From positions 7,274,174-7,338,173 of the forward strand of contig MU054001.1 of the NCBI GenBank assembly GCA_013239625.1: 64,000 nucleotides of DNA. Reading direction: 5' to 3'. A program made the translations under genes and the position numbers. The notes under the pieces were generated by a model. The model did not search any database. It was not told the origin of the DNA and saw only the letters and a program-made list of their open reading frames with translations. Each line of letters starts with the position of its first letter. Positions within the stretch are counted from its first letter, which is position 1. This document shows, in pieces, positions 1 to 12,209 of the stretch. This stretch comes from Lama guanicoe. Taxonomy: Eukaryota.

Positions 1-1221
1 ATTATTTTATTTTAACTTATTTACTTATTTTTTGTATATATTTTTATTGAAGTATAGTTAGTTTACAATGTTGTGTCAATTTCTGGTGTACAGCATAATG
101 CTTCAGTCATACATGAACATACATATATTTGTTTTCATATTCTTTTTCACCATAATTAAATATAGTTTCCTGAGGGGGAAGGGTATAGCTCAAGTGGTAG
201 AGTGCATGCTTAGCATACACAGGTCCTGTGTTCAATACCCAGTACCTCCTCTAAAAATAAATAAACCTCCCCCTCTGCCAAAAATAAAAAAAAAGTAGTT
301 CCCTGTGCTATACAATATGAACTTGTTGTTTATATATTTTATATATAGTAGATAGTATCTGCAAATCTTGAGCTCCCAATTTATCCCTTCCCTCCCCCTT
401 TGCCTCGTGATAACCGTAGTTTGTTTTCTATGTCTGTGAGTTTGTTCCTGTTTTATATATACACTCATTTGTCTTTTTTTAAAATTCCACATATAAGTGA
501 CATCATATGGTATTTTTCTCTTTCTGGCTTACTTCACTTAGAATTTCATTCTGCATGTCCATCCATGTTGCTGCAAATGGCATTATTTTATTCTTTTTTA
601 TGGCTGAGTAGTATTCCATTGAATAAATATACCACATATTCTTTATCCAGTCATCTATCAATGGACATTTAGTTGTTTCCATGTCTTGCCTATTATAAAT
701 AGTGCTGCTATCAACATTGGGTGCATATATCTTTTGAATTAAGATTTCCTCTGGATATATGCCCAGGAGTGGAATTTCTAGATCATATGGTAAGTCTATT
801 TTTAGTCTTTTGAGGAATCTCCTTACTGTTTTCCATAATGGTTGCACCCAACTACATTCCCGCCAGCAGTGTAGGATGGTTTCCTTTTCTCCACGCCCTC
901 TCAAGTATTTATTGTTTGTGGGCTTTTGAATGATGGCCATTCTGACTGGTGTGAGGTGATACCTCATTGTAGTTTTGATTTGTATTTCTCTAATAATTAG
1001 GGATACTGAGCATTTTTTTCATGTGCCTATTGATCATTTGTCTGTCTTCATTGGAGAATTGCTTCTTTAGGTCTTCTGCCCATTTTTGGGTTGGGTTGTT
1101 TTTTTTTTCTTATGAAGTTGTACAAGCTGTTTATATATTCTGCAATAAAACCCTTATCATTTTCATCTTTTGCAAATATTTTCTCCCATTCTATAGTCTG
1201 TCTTTTTGTTTTGCTTATGGT
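1..1221 (-). mobile_element. 5'-truncated LINE-1 (3' UTR plus ORF2 C-terminus), interrupted by a SINE
   Basis: T-rich tail at 1-45 on +. ORF 503..967(-) encodes the L1 ORF2 C-terminal cysteine-rich region ([29 protein letters not shown]). The sequence matches other L1 3' ends in the window. Confidence 0.95.
173..294 (+). mobile_element. tRNA-derived SINE, camelid Vic-1-like
   Basis: G-rich start, A box TAGCTCAAGTGG (186-197), B box GTTCAATACC (230-239), A-rich tail. Imperfect TSD AAATATAGTTTCCTG / AAAAGTAGTTCCCTG within the host L1 3' UTR. Family name from recalled consensus. Confidence 0.85.
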
Positions 1222-1319
1222 GGAATTGATATAATTTTATATTCTATGCTTTTATGTAACATTATACCATATGTATTTTTCAGTTTGGCATAATCTTTTA
1301 TCTTTCTATTACAATGATT

Positions 1320-1375
1320 AATAATAATAATAATAATAACAACAACAACAACAACAACAATAATAATAATAATAA
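1320..1375. repeat. Compound microsatellite (AAT)n(AAC)n(AAT)n
   Basis: Directly visible. Confidence 0.97.
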
Positions 1376-1844
1376 TTTTAATTATTCTCCTCCCCTTGGG
1401 TAACCAGTATGAATAGCCTGGTGGGGAGTGCTGATGCTGTATGTCATCTTGCTTGTTTGTGGTAAATCAGGCTTTCCTGTGCCTTTCAGCAAACTGGCAA
1501 TGCTGAGTGTGGGCGTCAGAGGGAGGAATGTAAATGCTGGAAGAGGCTTAGAGAAATCTAGTCCCAGTTCTGCATTGTTGGCTGAGGAATTGGAGCCCAG
1601 GGAGAGGGGCTGACTTGAGCAGCTAACTCACTCAGAAAGCTGGTGTTGGGGACAGGACCAAATCCAAGCCAGCCAGCTCCTGTGCCAGAGATGAGTTTCT
1701 GTCATGACTGTAAGCCTACTATGGAGTGTTGTTAAACTTCATTCTCTTATCAGGTACTTGAGAGTGAGAATGAGGTGGGGAGCAAATGGTATGAGGTCTG
1801 TAATGTTGGTGCTTAGATTATTGTCCAGACTTTTAAGAATATAG

Positions 1845-1984
1845 TTATAGCTTGTAATAACCTTTAATGAAAACAGATATATGTGTGTGTAATGTACAGA
1901 TACACACACACACGACTGGGACATAATGCTGTACACCAGAAATTGACACATTGTACCTGACTGTACTTCAATTAAAAAAGAAAA
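1845..1984 (+). mobile_element. Very short L1 3'-end fragment
   Basis: ATGCTGTACACCAGAAATTGACACATTGTA followed by an A-rich tail is close to the reverse complement of the L1 end at 45-100. Possible TSD ACTTTTAAGAATA / ACTCTAAGAATA. Confidence 0.8.
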
Positions 1985-2003
1985 CTCTAAGAATAAGGTT
2001 TAG

Positions 2004-2190
2004 TTTTTCTTTTTTTTAAACTTTTTAAATTGGTTTATAATAATTTTCCAATGTTGTGTCAAATTCCAGTGGAAAGCCCAATTTTTCAATTATACATGAA
2101 CATATATATATTCATTGTCACATTTTTTTCTCTGTGAGCTACCATAAGATCTTGTATATATTCCCTGTGCTATACAGTATAATCTTTCTT
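2004..2190 (-). mobile_element. ~190-bp L1 3'-end fragment
   Basis: Poly-T followed by sequence matching the L1 3' UTR at 4680-4850. Confidence 0.9.
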
Positions 2191-2629
2191 TCTATAAAAA
2201 TTATTCAAGGACTGACATAGTGCCTGCTCTGTACTAGGCACTCAATTAATCTATGTGGAGTGATTGAAAGATGGAAATGCTAGGCTGTTCATACCTAATG
2301 TTGTTTCTAAGATGGCTAACCTTATATATTGTGAGTATAATAGTGGACCTGTTAGTAGCAGGGATGTGTAAGTAATAGGGATGTGTTAGTAGTAAAGAAA
2401 ATTAGCATAGTCTGAAAGCATGAATTTGATTCTCCCACAGGTGTAGTCTTCAGCTGAGTGAAATTTCTTCATGGCCCTGTCTCTGCTGTATGGGACACCT
2501 GGAATGAAAGGCAGTAGTAATTTAGGTATCCTCTAGCTTTGCAGTTCTCTCCTGAAACATAGATGGTCCATCTGCAGTGGCACAGGGTCCCTGAAAGTAC
2601 TCTCACCCCAAAGGCACGCAGTCAACTTT

Positions 2630-2900
2630 CCAGTGTTTATGAAGTACTATTTACATGGCAGGCTTTGTGTGAAGGAATTGGGTGAGCAAAACAGGCATGG
2701 TCTCTGCCCTCAAGGAATTTGTAGTCTTATGTGGGAGACAAGAATTAAAAGAGTCAAATTTTTAAAACAAGTGATGACTGTTTTTTGAGGGCTAGGAAGA
2801 GAAAGCACAAATGCTATGAGAAAGTAGCAAAGATGTCCATTTTGGGGGGATCAGGGAAGACTTCTCTGATGATGTTGCTGAAATTTGAATGAGAGTGAAT
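2630..2900 (-). mobile_element. Ancient L2 fragment
   Basis: CATGGTCTCTGCCCTCAAGGAATTTGTAGTC and ATCAGGGAAGACTTCTCTGATGATG resemble the recalled L2 3' region. Confidence 0.5.
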
Positions 2901-4519
2901 GGAAGTTTTTGACCATCTTAATTTTACAAGTGAGAAATCATACCCAGAATGTCTTTCATGTAATAGACACTCAGTATAATACATAATAATGATTACAATA
3001 ATAAACACTTTAACATCCATTATCTCCTGCACTTTTCACAATGCTGTAGGCCCATGAGTAGACTTGATGAGTATTGTTATTCCCATTGTACAACTGAAGC
3101 TTCATCTTAGGCTCAAGTGGTTATATGATTAAGTGAAATGGGTCATTTTGCCAGTCAAAGACACATCTGAGATTGAAAGCTGTTTTTCCTTACTGCTACA
3201 TCAATATTCATTTCTCCAAAGCTATTTTGGAAAAGAGCATGAAGTGATTCAGGTTTATACATCATCTTCATGAACATGTAAATTGCTTGAGGGAGCTTCT
3301 CCCATAGTTCTGTAAAGCAGTCAAGCCCTAGTGCTGAGCTCTGGGACATCTCTTGTGCATCTTGTTAAATTCAAATATGGTATGGCCTGTTTGGAAATCA
3401 GATGGAGTTGGGCATAATATGCCTCTTCCTTTCCCCTTGTGATTCTGTCATTTCTTAAAGATTCTGATAAAACTAATGACAGGCTAAGGCAAGAAGTCAC
3501 ATTACACTTTATAATGGGCTAATTAGGTAAATATATTAAAAAGTGTTCCCCATAGAACTATTTCATGGTTGCACTGTTGGTAATCAGCACTTGTCTTCGA
3601 AGTGTTAGAATATCAAAAGCAAAGCTGCTTGTGTTGCTGAGTTATGTCATACCAGTGAAATGAGTTAAGTGGAGCAGTGGGAATGCTCTGCTTCTATTAC
3701 TACTCAAGTCCTTTGAAGGGGTACTTTGAGGCTAGTACTTTGGTTGTGGCTGATCTTTTCAGCGTTGGAGTGAACATAAAACTTCCTCCAGCCCACAGCA
3801 TAGAGTTTCTTTACATAGAGGAGATATTTATGGGCCAGTGCTGGAAGGTAGGGTCTAGATGAGAAGCTTTTGGAGGTCAAGGTGGGTTTCCCTGTGGTTC
3901 TGAATCAACACATCCACCCATGAACACCAAACCCCTAGAGAGACATCAGGTACGCTAAGATTAGAGGATGACAGCCCTGCTTCACAGAAATTGAGAAAAT
4001 TCTGTGGCACTGTTTGCCTTTGACATGCTTCAAGCTGCAAATGTAAGTAGATGTTAGTTTCTGGGGACCATAACAAGGGAAGAAAGGAAATGAGGGAGTA
4101 CTTGGAGCACATCCTGGGTTCAGGATACACAGGGAAGACTCTCAGACTCACTGCTAGCTTATCTTTATGACCTGGTAGGACTCCTGCTTTTTAAACAACA
4201 GTGTCTAATTTATGCAAAAAGGAATGTGTGGGAGGTATGATGAGGGTTGAAGAACCAGTTTTGGTAACGATAAGGACTGTGGGCATTTGAGATATTCAAC
4301 AGATGGAAATCATAGTCCTTGCCATGTGGCCATCAACATCTGATGAGCTGCTGCCACTGCAATGGACAACCTAAATTAATCTGGATTCTAAATATTTCAA
4401 GTCCTAGGAGGAACCATCTGATTAGGTGGGATTGGACTACGTGTCCATTCCTTTGGTGTGCCCTTTTACTCTCTCTTGTGGGAGACAAGATCCTGGTGGT
4501 GGCTGGTGAGCCAGATGCA

Positions 4520-4648
4520 GTCCTTGCCCTCTCAACTCTCTAGTACTTGAGGTTCTTATCCTTTAAGATGATTGAAGAAGTGTACTATGGAGAGGAGGAG
4601 GTGGAGACTTTCACCTTCCAGGCAGAAATTACCCTTTTCTTATCTCTT
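4520..4648 (+). pseudogene. HSP90AB1: Processed HSP90AB1 pseudogene, 5' part (probable 5' UTR remnant and first ~25 codons)
   Basis: ATG at 4568 reads [22 protein letters not shown] versus HSP90-beta [22 protein letters not shown]. Missing from the ORF track because it is short. 5' boundary uncertain. Confidence 0.92.
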
Positions 4649-5490
4649 TTTCATTTATTTATTTATTTGTTTATTTATTAACATTTTTTATTGATTTATA
4701 ATCATTTTACAATGTTGTGTCAAATTCCAGTGTAGAGCACATTTTTCAGTTATACATGAACATATGCATATTCATTGTCACATTTTTTTCTCTGTGAGCT
4801 ACCATAAGATCTTGTGTATATTTCCCTGTGCTATACAGTATAATCTTGTTTATCTATTCTACAATTTTGAAATCCCATCTATCCCTTCCCACCCTCCACC
4901 CCCTTGGCAACCACAAGTTTGTATTCTATGTCTATGAGTCTATTTCTGTCCTGTATTTATGCTTTGTTTTCTTGTTTTTGTTTTTGTTTTTTAGATTCCA
5001 CATATGAGCGATCTCATATGGTATTTTTCTTTCTCTTTCTGGATTACTTCACATAGAATGACATTCTCCAGGAAAATCCATAAAGCTGCAAATGGCGTTA
5101 TGTTGTTGGCTTTTATGCCTGAATAGTATTCCATTGTATAAATATACCACCTCTTCTTTATCCAGTCATCAGTGGATGGACATTTAGGCTGTTTCCATGT
5201 CATGGCTATTGTAAATAATGCTTCTATGAACATTGGGGTGCAGGTGTCATCCTGAAGTAGGGTTCCTTCTGGATATATGCCCAGGGGTGGGATTGCTGGG
5301 TCATATGGTAAGTCTATTCCTAGTCTTTTGAGGAATCTCCATACTGTTTTCCACAGTGGCTGCACCAAAATGCAATCCCATCAGTAGTGTAGGAGGGTTC
5401 CCTTTCTCCACAGCCTCTCCAGCATTTGTCATTTGTGGATTTTTGAATCATGGCCATTCTGACTGGTGTGAGGTGATATCTCATTGTAGT
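4649..5490 (-). mobile_element. L1 3' end (3' UTR plus ORF2 C-terminus), outer part of the composite L1 in the HSP90AB1 retrocopy
   Basis: (TTTA)n tail at 4650-4690. ORF 4991..5368(-) is the ORF2 C-terminus ending RSLICGI*. It stops at CATTGTAGTTTT, where a second poly-T tail begins. Confidence 0.95.
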
Positions 5491-5840
5491 TTTTTTGTTT
5501 GTTTGTTTGTTTTTAAACTTTTTTTTATTGATTTATAATCATTTTACAATGTTGTGTCAAATTCCAGTGTTCAGCACAATTTTTCAGTCATACATGGACA
5601 TATACACACTCACTGTTACATTTTTTCTCTGTGAGCTATCATAACATTTCATGTATATTTCCCTGTTCTATACAGTATAATCTTGTTTATCTATTCTACA
5701 ATTTTGAAATCCCACCTATCCCTTCCCACCCTCCCCCCCCTTGGCAACCACAAGTTTGTATTCTATGTCTATGAGTCTATTTCTGTCCTGTATTTATGCT
5801 TTGTTTTCTTTGTTTTTGTTTTTGTTTTTGTTTTTGTTTT

Positions 5841-8800
5841 TTAGATTCCACATATGAGCGATCTCATATGGTATTTTTCCTTCTCTTTCTGGCTTACTTC
5901 ACTTAGAATGACATTCTCCAGGAGCATCCATGTTACTGCAAATGGCATTATGCTGTCAGTTTTTAAGGCTGAGTAGTATTCCATTGTGTAAATATACCAC
6001 ATATTCTTTATCCAGTCACCTGTTGATGGACATTTAGGCTGTTTCCATGTTTTGGCTATTGTAAAACATTGGGGTGTTATGAAAATTGGGGTGCAATTGT
6101 CATCCTGAAGTAGGGTTCCTTCTGGATACAAGCCCAGGAGTGGGATTCCTGGGTCATATGGTAAGTCTATTCCTAGTCTTTGGAGGAATCTCCACACTGC
6201 TTTCCATAGTGGCTGCACCAAACTGCATTCCCACCAGCAGTGTAGGAGGGTTCCCCTTTCTCCACAGCCTCTCCAGCATTTGTCATTTGTGGATTTTTGA
6301 ATGATGGCCATTCTGACTGGTGTGAGGTGATACCTCATTGTAGTTTTGATTTGCATTTCTCTGATAATTAGTGACATTGAGCATTTTTTCATGTGCCTCT
6401 TGATCATTTGTATGTCTTCCATGGAGAACTGGTTGTTTAGGTCTTCTGCCCATTTTTGGATTGGGTTGTTTATTTTTTTCTTATTGAGTCGTATGAGCTG
6501 CTTATATATTCTGGAGATCAAGCCTTTGTTGGTTTCATTTGCAATAATTTTCTCCCATTCCATAGGTTGTCTTTGTGTTTTACTTATGGATTCCTTTGCT
6601 GTGCAGAAGCTTGTAGGTTTCATTAGGTCCCATTTGTTCATTCTTGCTTTTATTTCTTCTAGGAGAAAAGTTTTGAGATGTATGTCAGATAATGTTTTGC
6701 CTATGTTTTCCTCTAGGAGGTTTATTGTATCTTGTCTTATGTTTAAGTCTTTAATCCATTTTGAGTTGATTTTTGTATATGGTGTAAGGGAGTGTTCTAG
6801 CTTCATTGTTTTACATGCTGCTGTCCAGTTTTCCCAACACCATTTGCTGAAGAGACTGTCTTTATTCCATTGTATATTCTTGCCTCCTTTGTCGAAGATT
6901 AGTTGACCAAAAGTTTGTGGGTTCATTTCTGGGCTCTCTATTCCGTTCCATTGGTGTATATGTCTATTTTGGTACCAATACCATGCTGTCTTGATGACTG
7001 TAGCTCTATAGTATTGTCTGAAATCTGGGAGAGTTATTCCTCCAGCCTCTTTCTTTCTCTTCAGTAATGCTTTGGCAATTCTAGGTCTTTGATGGTTCCA
7101 TATAAATTTTATTATGATTTGTTCTAGTTCTGTGAAATATGTCCTGGGTAATTTGATAGGGATTGCATTAAATCTGTAGATTGCCTTGGGCAGTGTGACC
7201 ATTTTAACAATATTGATTCTTCCAATCCAAGAGCATGGGCTATCTTTCCATTTTTTAAAGTCTTCTTTAGTTTCCTTCATCAATGGTTTATAGTTTTTTG
7301 TGTATAATTCTTTCACCTCCTTAGTTTGGTTTATTCCCAGATATTTTATAACTTTGGGTGCTATTTTAAAGGGGATTGTTTCTTTACTTTCTTTTTCTGT
7401 TGATTCATCCTTACTGTAAGGAAATGCAACTGATTTCTGAATGTTAATCCTGTAACCTGCTACCTTGCTGAATGCTTCAATCAGCTCTAATAGTTTTTAT
7501 GTGGACCTTTTTGGGTTTTCTATATATAGTAACATGTCGTCGGCATATAGTGACACTTTTACCTCTTCTTTTCCAATTTGGATCCCTTTTAATTCTCTCT
7601 CTTGCCTGATTGCTGTGGCTAGGACTTCCAGGACTATGTTGAATAGGAGTGGTGATAAAGGGCATCCTTGCATTGTCTCAGATTTTAGTGGGAAGCTTCT
7701 GAGTTTTTCACTGTTGAGAACTATGCTGGTTGTATGTTTGTCATATATAGCTTTTATTATGTTCAGATATGTCCCCTCTATACCCACTTAGGCAAGAGTT
7801 TTTATCATAAATGGGTGTTGAATTTTATCAATTCCTTTTTCTGCATCTATTGAGATGATCATGTAGTTTTTGTCCTTTCTCTTGCTGATGTGAGGTATTA
7901 CATTGATTGATTTGCGTATGTTGAACCAGCCTTGTGTCCTGGGGATGAACCTCACTTGGTCATGTTGTGTAATCTTTTTTATGTGTTGTTGGATTCTATT
8001 TGCTAATATTTTGCTGAGGATTTTGGCGTCTATGTTCATCAGTGATATTGGCCTAGAATTCTCTTTTTTTTGGTAGTGTCTTTGCCTGGTTTTGGTATCA
8101 GGGTGATGGTGGCTTCATAGAATGAGTTTGGGAGTATTCCCTCCTTTTCAATCGTCTGGAAGAGTTTGAGAAGGACTGGTATGAGTTCTTCTTTGTATAT
8201 TTGGTAGAATACCACAGTGAAGTTGTCCAGTCCTGGACTCTTATTTGTAGGGAGGTTTTTTTTTATTGCTATTTCTATTTCCTTTCTAGTGATCAGATTG
8301 TTCAAGTGGTCAGTTTCTTCTTGATTCAGTGTTGTGGACAGTATGTTTCCAGAAACTTGTCCATCTCCTCTAGGTTATCCAGTCTGGTTCCATATAGTTT
8401 TTCATAATATTCTCATATGATATTCTGTATTTCTATTTTATTGTTGTAATTTCTCCATTTTCCTTTCTTATTTTGCTAATTTGTGCTCTCTCTTTATTAA
8501 TTTGTGTCTTTTTTCTTCTTTGTGAGTTTGGCCAGAGGTTTGTCGATTTTATTTAGTTTTTCAAAAAACCTGCCTTTGGTTTGGTTGATTTTCTCTATGG
8601 TCTTGTTAATCTCTATTGTATTTATTTCCTCCCTGATCTTTATAATTTCCTTCCTTCTGCTGCCTTTTGGGGCTTTTTGTTCTTCTATTCTAATTCATTC
8701 AGGTGGTGTGTTAAATTGTTTTTTTTTGAGATTGTTCTTCTTTTTTGAGGAAGGCCTGTATCACTATAAACTTCCCTCTTTGCACTGCCTTTGCTGTGTC

Positions 8801-9660
8801 CCATAGATTTTGAATGGTTGTGCTTTCATTGTCATTTGTCTCAAGGTATTTTTTAATTTCAGCTTTGATTTACTCATTGACCCATTGTTTTTTCAATAAC
8901 ATATTGTTTAATCTCCATGCTTTCCTTTTTTTCTCCTTTGTTTCTCTGTTGTTGATTTCCAGTTTCATGGCATTGTGGTCAGTAAAGATGCTTGAGATAA
9001 TTTCTATCTTCTTAAATTTGTTGAGGTTTCTTTTGTGTCCAAGTACATGATCGATCCTGGAAAATGTTCCATGTGCACTTGAAAAGAATGTGTATCCTAT
9101 TTTTGGGGGGTGTAATGCTCTGAAAATATCCACCAAATCTAATTTTTCTATTGTATTGTTTAATTTCTCTGTTGCCTTATTTATTTTTTGTCTGGAAGAG
9201 CTGTCTAGTGATGTTATAGTAGTGTTAAAATCTTCAACTATGATTGTACTCCCATCTTTATCCCCCTTTATCTCTGTCAGTAATTGTTTTATGTACTTAG
9301 GTGCTCCTATATTGGGTGCATATATATTAATGAGTGTAATATCCTCATCTTCTATCACTCCTTTAATCATTATAAAGTGTCCTTCTTTATCTTTCTTATG
9401 GTCTTTGTTTTAAAGTCTATTTTGTCTGAAATCAGTACTGCAACATCTGCTTTTTTGGCTTTTCCATTTGCATGGAATACCCTTTTCCATCCTTTCACTC
9501 TTGATCTATATGTGTCCTTCTCCCTCAGGTGAGTCTCCTGTATGCCCTATATTGAAGGTTCTTGCTTTATTATCCAGTCTGCCACTCTATGTCTTTTGAC
9601 TGGAGCATTTAGTACATTAACATTTACAATAATTAATGATAGATGTGTGTTTATTGCCAT
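5841..9660 (-). pseudogene. L1 ORF2 (APE endonuclease, reverse transcriptase), disrupted
   Basis: Start MAINTHLSLI at 9660; EN motifs INIYAPN and FSRIDHVLG; RT motifs [15 protein letters not shown] and YADD. The 3' 491 codons (5841..7316) are open; the rest is broken by stops and frameshifts. Confidence 0.93.
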
Positions 9661-10039
9661 TTTGAACTTATCTGTGCAATTGATTTGGTATTTCCTGTTT
9701 GTTCCTTTCTTCTGCCTTTTGTGGTTTGGTAATCTTCCTTTGTATTATCATGGATTTTATTTCATTTTTGTGACTCCCTTGTAAGTTTTTGGCTTGTGGT
9801 TACCCTTTTCTGTAAGTCTATTAGCCCTTTACTATATCTCGAACGCATCCTACCAAAACCAAAAAATTTTAAAAAAGAAAGAAAAGAAAATACTGTATAT
9901 TTTCTTGCTTCCCTTTACCACTCTTAATGATTTAAGTGTTTTCTTTTACAATTTTGTGTTTATTTTATTTGTAAGTCATGAGTTATCACCTTTCAAATTT
10001 TGAGTTTCTCATTTCTGTAGCATCCTGCTTCTTTTCTAT

Positions 10040-10942
10040 TTAGAGTAGACCTTTGAATAATTCTTTTTGCATGGGTTTAGTGTTTCTAAACTCTTTCAGT
10101 TTTTGCTTCTCTGTGAAATTCTTTCTATCCCCTTCTATCCTAAAGGATAGCCTTGCTGGATATAGTATCCAAGGCTGCATCATTTTTTCATTCAGGACTT
10201 TGAATATATCTTCCCACTCCCTTCTGGCCTGTAGTGTTTTTGTAGAGAAATCAGCTGAGAGTCTTATGGGGGTTCCCTTGTAACTCACTCTTTGCTTTCC
10301 TCTTGCTTCCCTTAGGATCATTTCTTTATCTGTGACTCTGGCCATCTTGATTTTGATATGTCTTGGTGTTTGTCTGTTTGGGTCCTTGTTGTTTGGGACC
10401 CTTTGAGCTTTCTGTACTTGGATATCTGATTCTTTCTTTAAGTTTGGGAAGTTTTCAGTCATGATTTCTTCAAAAACCTTTTCAATCCCCTTCGATCCTT
10501 CCTCCCCTTCTGGGACCCCTATTATGTGAAGATTGGCATGCTTTATGTTATCCCATAAGTCCCTTTTGCTGCTTTCATTTGTTTTTATTTGTTTGTCTTA
10601 CAGTTGTTCTGATTGGGTGCTTTCTGTTGTCCTGTCTTCTAGGTCACTAAGTCGTTCCTCTGCATTATCTAGTCTGCTTTGCACAGCCTTTTGATCTGTT
10701 CTCATCTCAGCCAGTGAGTTTAGCAATTCTGCTTGGTTCATCTTTATAGCTTCAATTTCATTTTTGACATATTTTATATCTCCAGACACTACCTCTTTTA
10801 GTTCCTTTAGTACTTTGATCCCTCCTTTTTTGAAATCTTGATGTAGTAGGCTATTGATGTCTATTTCATTGATCATTCTTTCAGGGGATTTCTGTTGTTC
10901 TTTTAACTGGGGGTGGTTTCTCTGCTTCTTCATCTTGCTCAT
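10040..10942 (-). pseudogene. L1 ORF1 (RNA-binding), disrupted
   Basis: ORFs 10598..10942 (coiled coil) and 10040..10462 (ENFPNL, PIRLSADFS, ARREW, YPARLSF). Confidence 0.93.
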
Positions 10943-11044
10943 ATGACTCTGGTACTGTGGCTTATGGAGTATCAGTTATCTATTATGGTCCTTAAGGGAG
11001 TTTATTTATCTATCTAATGCCTATGTAGGAATAAAATGTAAAAA

Positions 11045-12200
11045 ATAAAAAAAAGGAGAGAGAAATAAAGAATTTTAAAAGGAGTGAGAATAAAATGTTT
11101 GAAAACAGTATGTAATTAATTATAGAAGCACAATTTGATTTGGACTGGCTTTCGAGTTGAGAATTTTTTTCCCCTAAAAACCCTTAAAAAAAAAAAAGGA
11201 AAAAGATCCAAAAATGATATTTGAATCCTATTTATAATCTATAACAGGAGGTCAAAACCAAAATAAATGAAAATGAAATCAGGTGGATTTTGTTTTTAAA
11301 AAAATGATAATAATATAACTATTTTAACAGAAAAATTTAGAAAGAAATTAAAACTAGAAGCACATACAATTGTTTAGAAGGTGGAAATTAAAATGGTAAT
11401 AGAAAATAAAACAGATTAAAAAAAGATAAAGAGATAATTTTAAGAGAAGGGTGGGAAAAAAGGCCTGAAAATAGTGTATAGTCAATTATAGAAGATCAAT
11501 TTGAATTAGAGTAGCATTTGAGTTGAGATCTGTTTTAAATCCGTCAAAAAAGAAAAAAAAAGAAAAAAAGATAAAAAAATGACACCTGGCGCCCATTTAC
11601 AAGCAACAACACGAGATCAAACCCGAAAGAAGTGAAAATGCAATCAAGTGGATTCTCTTTAAAAAACAATATAACTACTTTAAGAGAAAAACCCAAAAGG
11701 AATCAAAACTAGAAGCACACACAATTGTCTAGAAAGAAAAATTCAAAAAGGAACCAAAACTAGAAGCATACACTACCGTCCAGAAATTAGAAATCAAAAA
11801 TGTAATAAAAAATAGAACAGCCAAAAAAAAGAAGATATGATAAAGAGAGAATTCCGAAGAAGGGGAGGGAAAAAAAAGGTCTGAAAACAGCGTACAATGA
11901 ACAACTGAAGAGTAAGTTGAAGCAGAACAGCAATCGCATTGAGACGTCTCCCAAAAAGCTCCAAAATAGGAGAAAAGAGGAAAAAAACACATTTGTAACC
12001 TGTGTACAATCAACAACAGGCGATCAAAACCAAGAGAGAGAAAAATGACACGATGTGGATCTTTCAAAATAACAACCATACCATTTTAAAAGAAAAATTC
12101 AAAAGGGACTAAAACTGGGAGAATATACAACTGTTTAAAAAGCAAAAATCAGAAAGGTAACAGAAAATACAACAGGCAAAAACAGATTAAAAAAAAAGGG
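11045..12200. repeat. Three diverged ~370-400-bp A-rich tandem units in the L1 5' UTR
   Basis: Recurring TGAAAA(C/T)AG (~11100, 11466, 11882), GTGGAT (~11283, 11648, 12055) and AAAACT(A/G)G motifs. Confidence 0.85.
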
Positions 12201-12209
12201 GGGGAGGGG

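Noticed and set aside
173..250. Possible tRNA-Ala gene
   Set aside because: It has a SINE tail, poly-A and TSD, and degenerate stems, so it is a tRNA-derived SINE.
6086..10283. Many plus-strand hydrophobic ORFs
   Set aside because: Antisense translations of A-rich L1 coding sequence.
11540..12200. ADAR hyper-editing as the cause of the C-rich repeat units
   Set aside because: Changes include A-to-G, A-to-C and T-to-G on the same strand, not only T-to-C.
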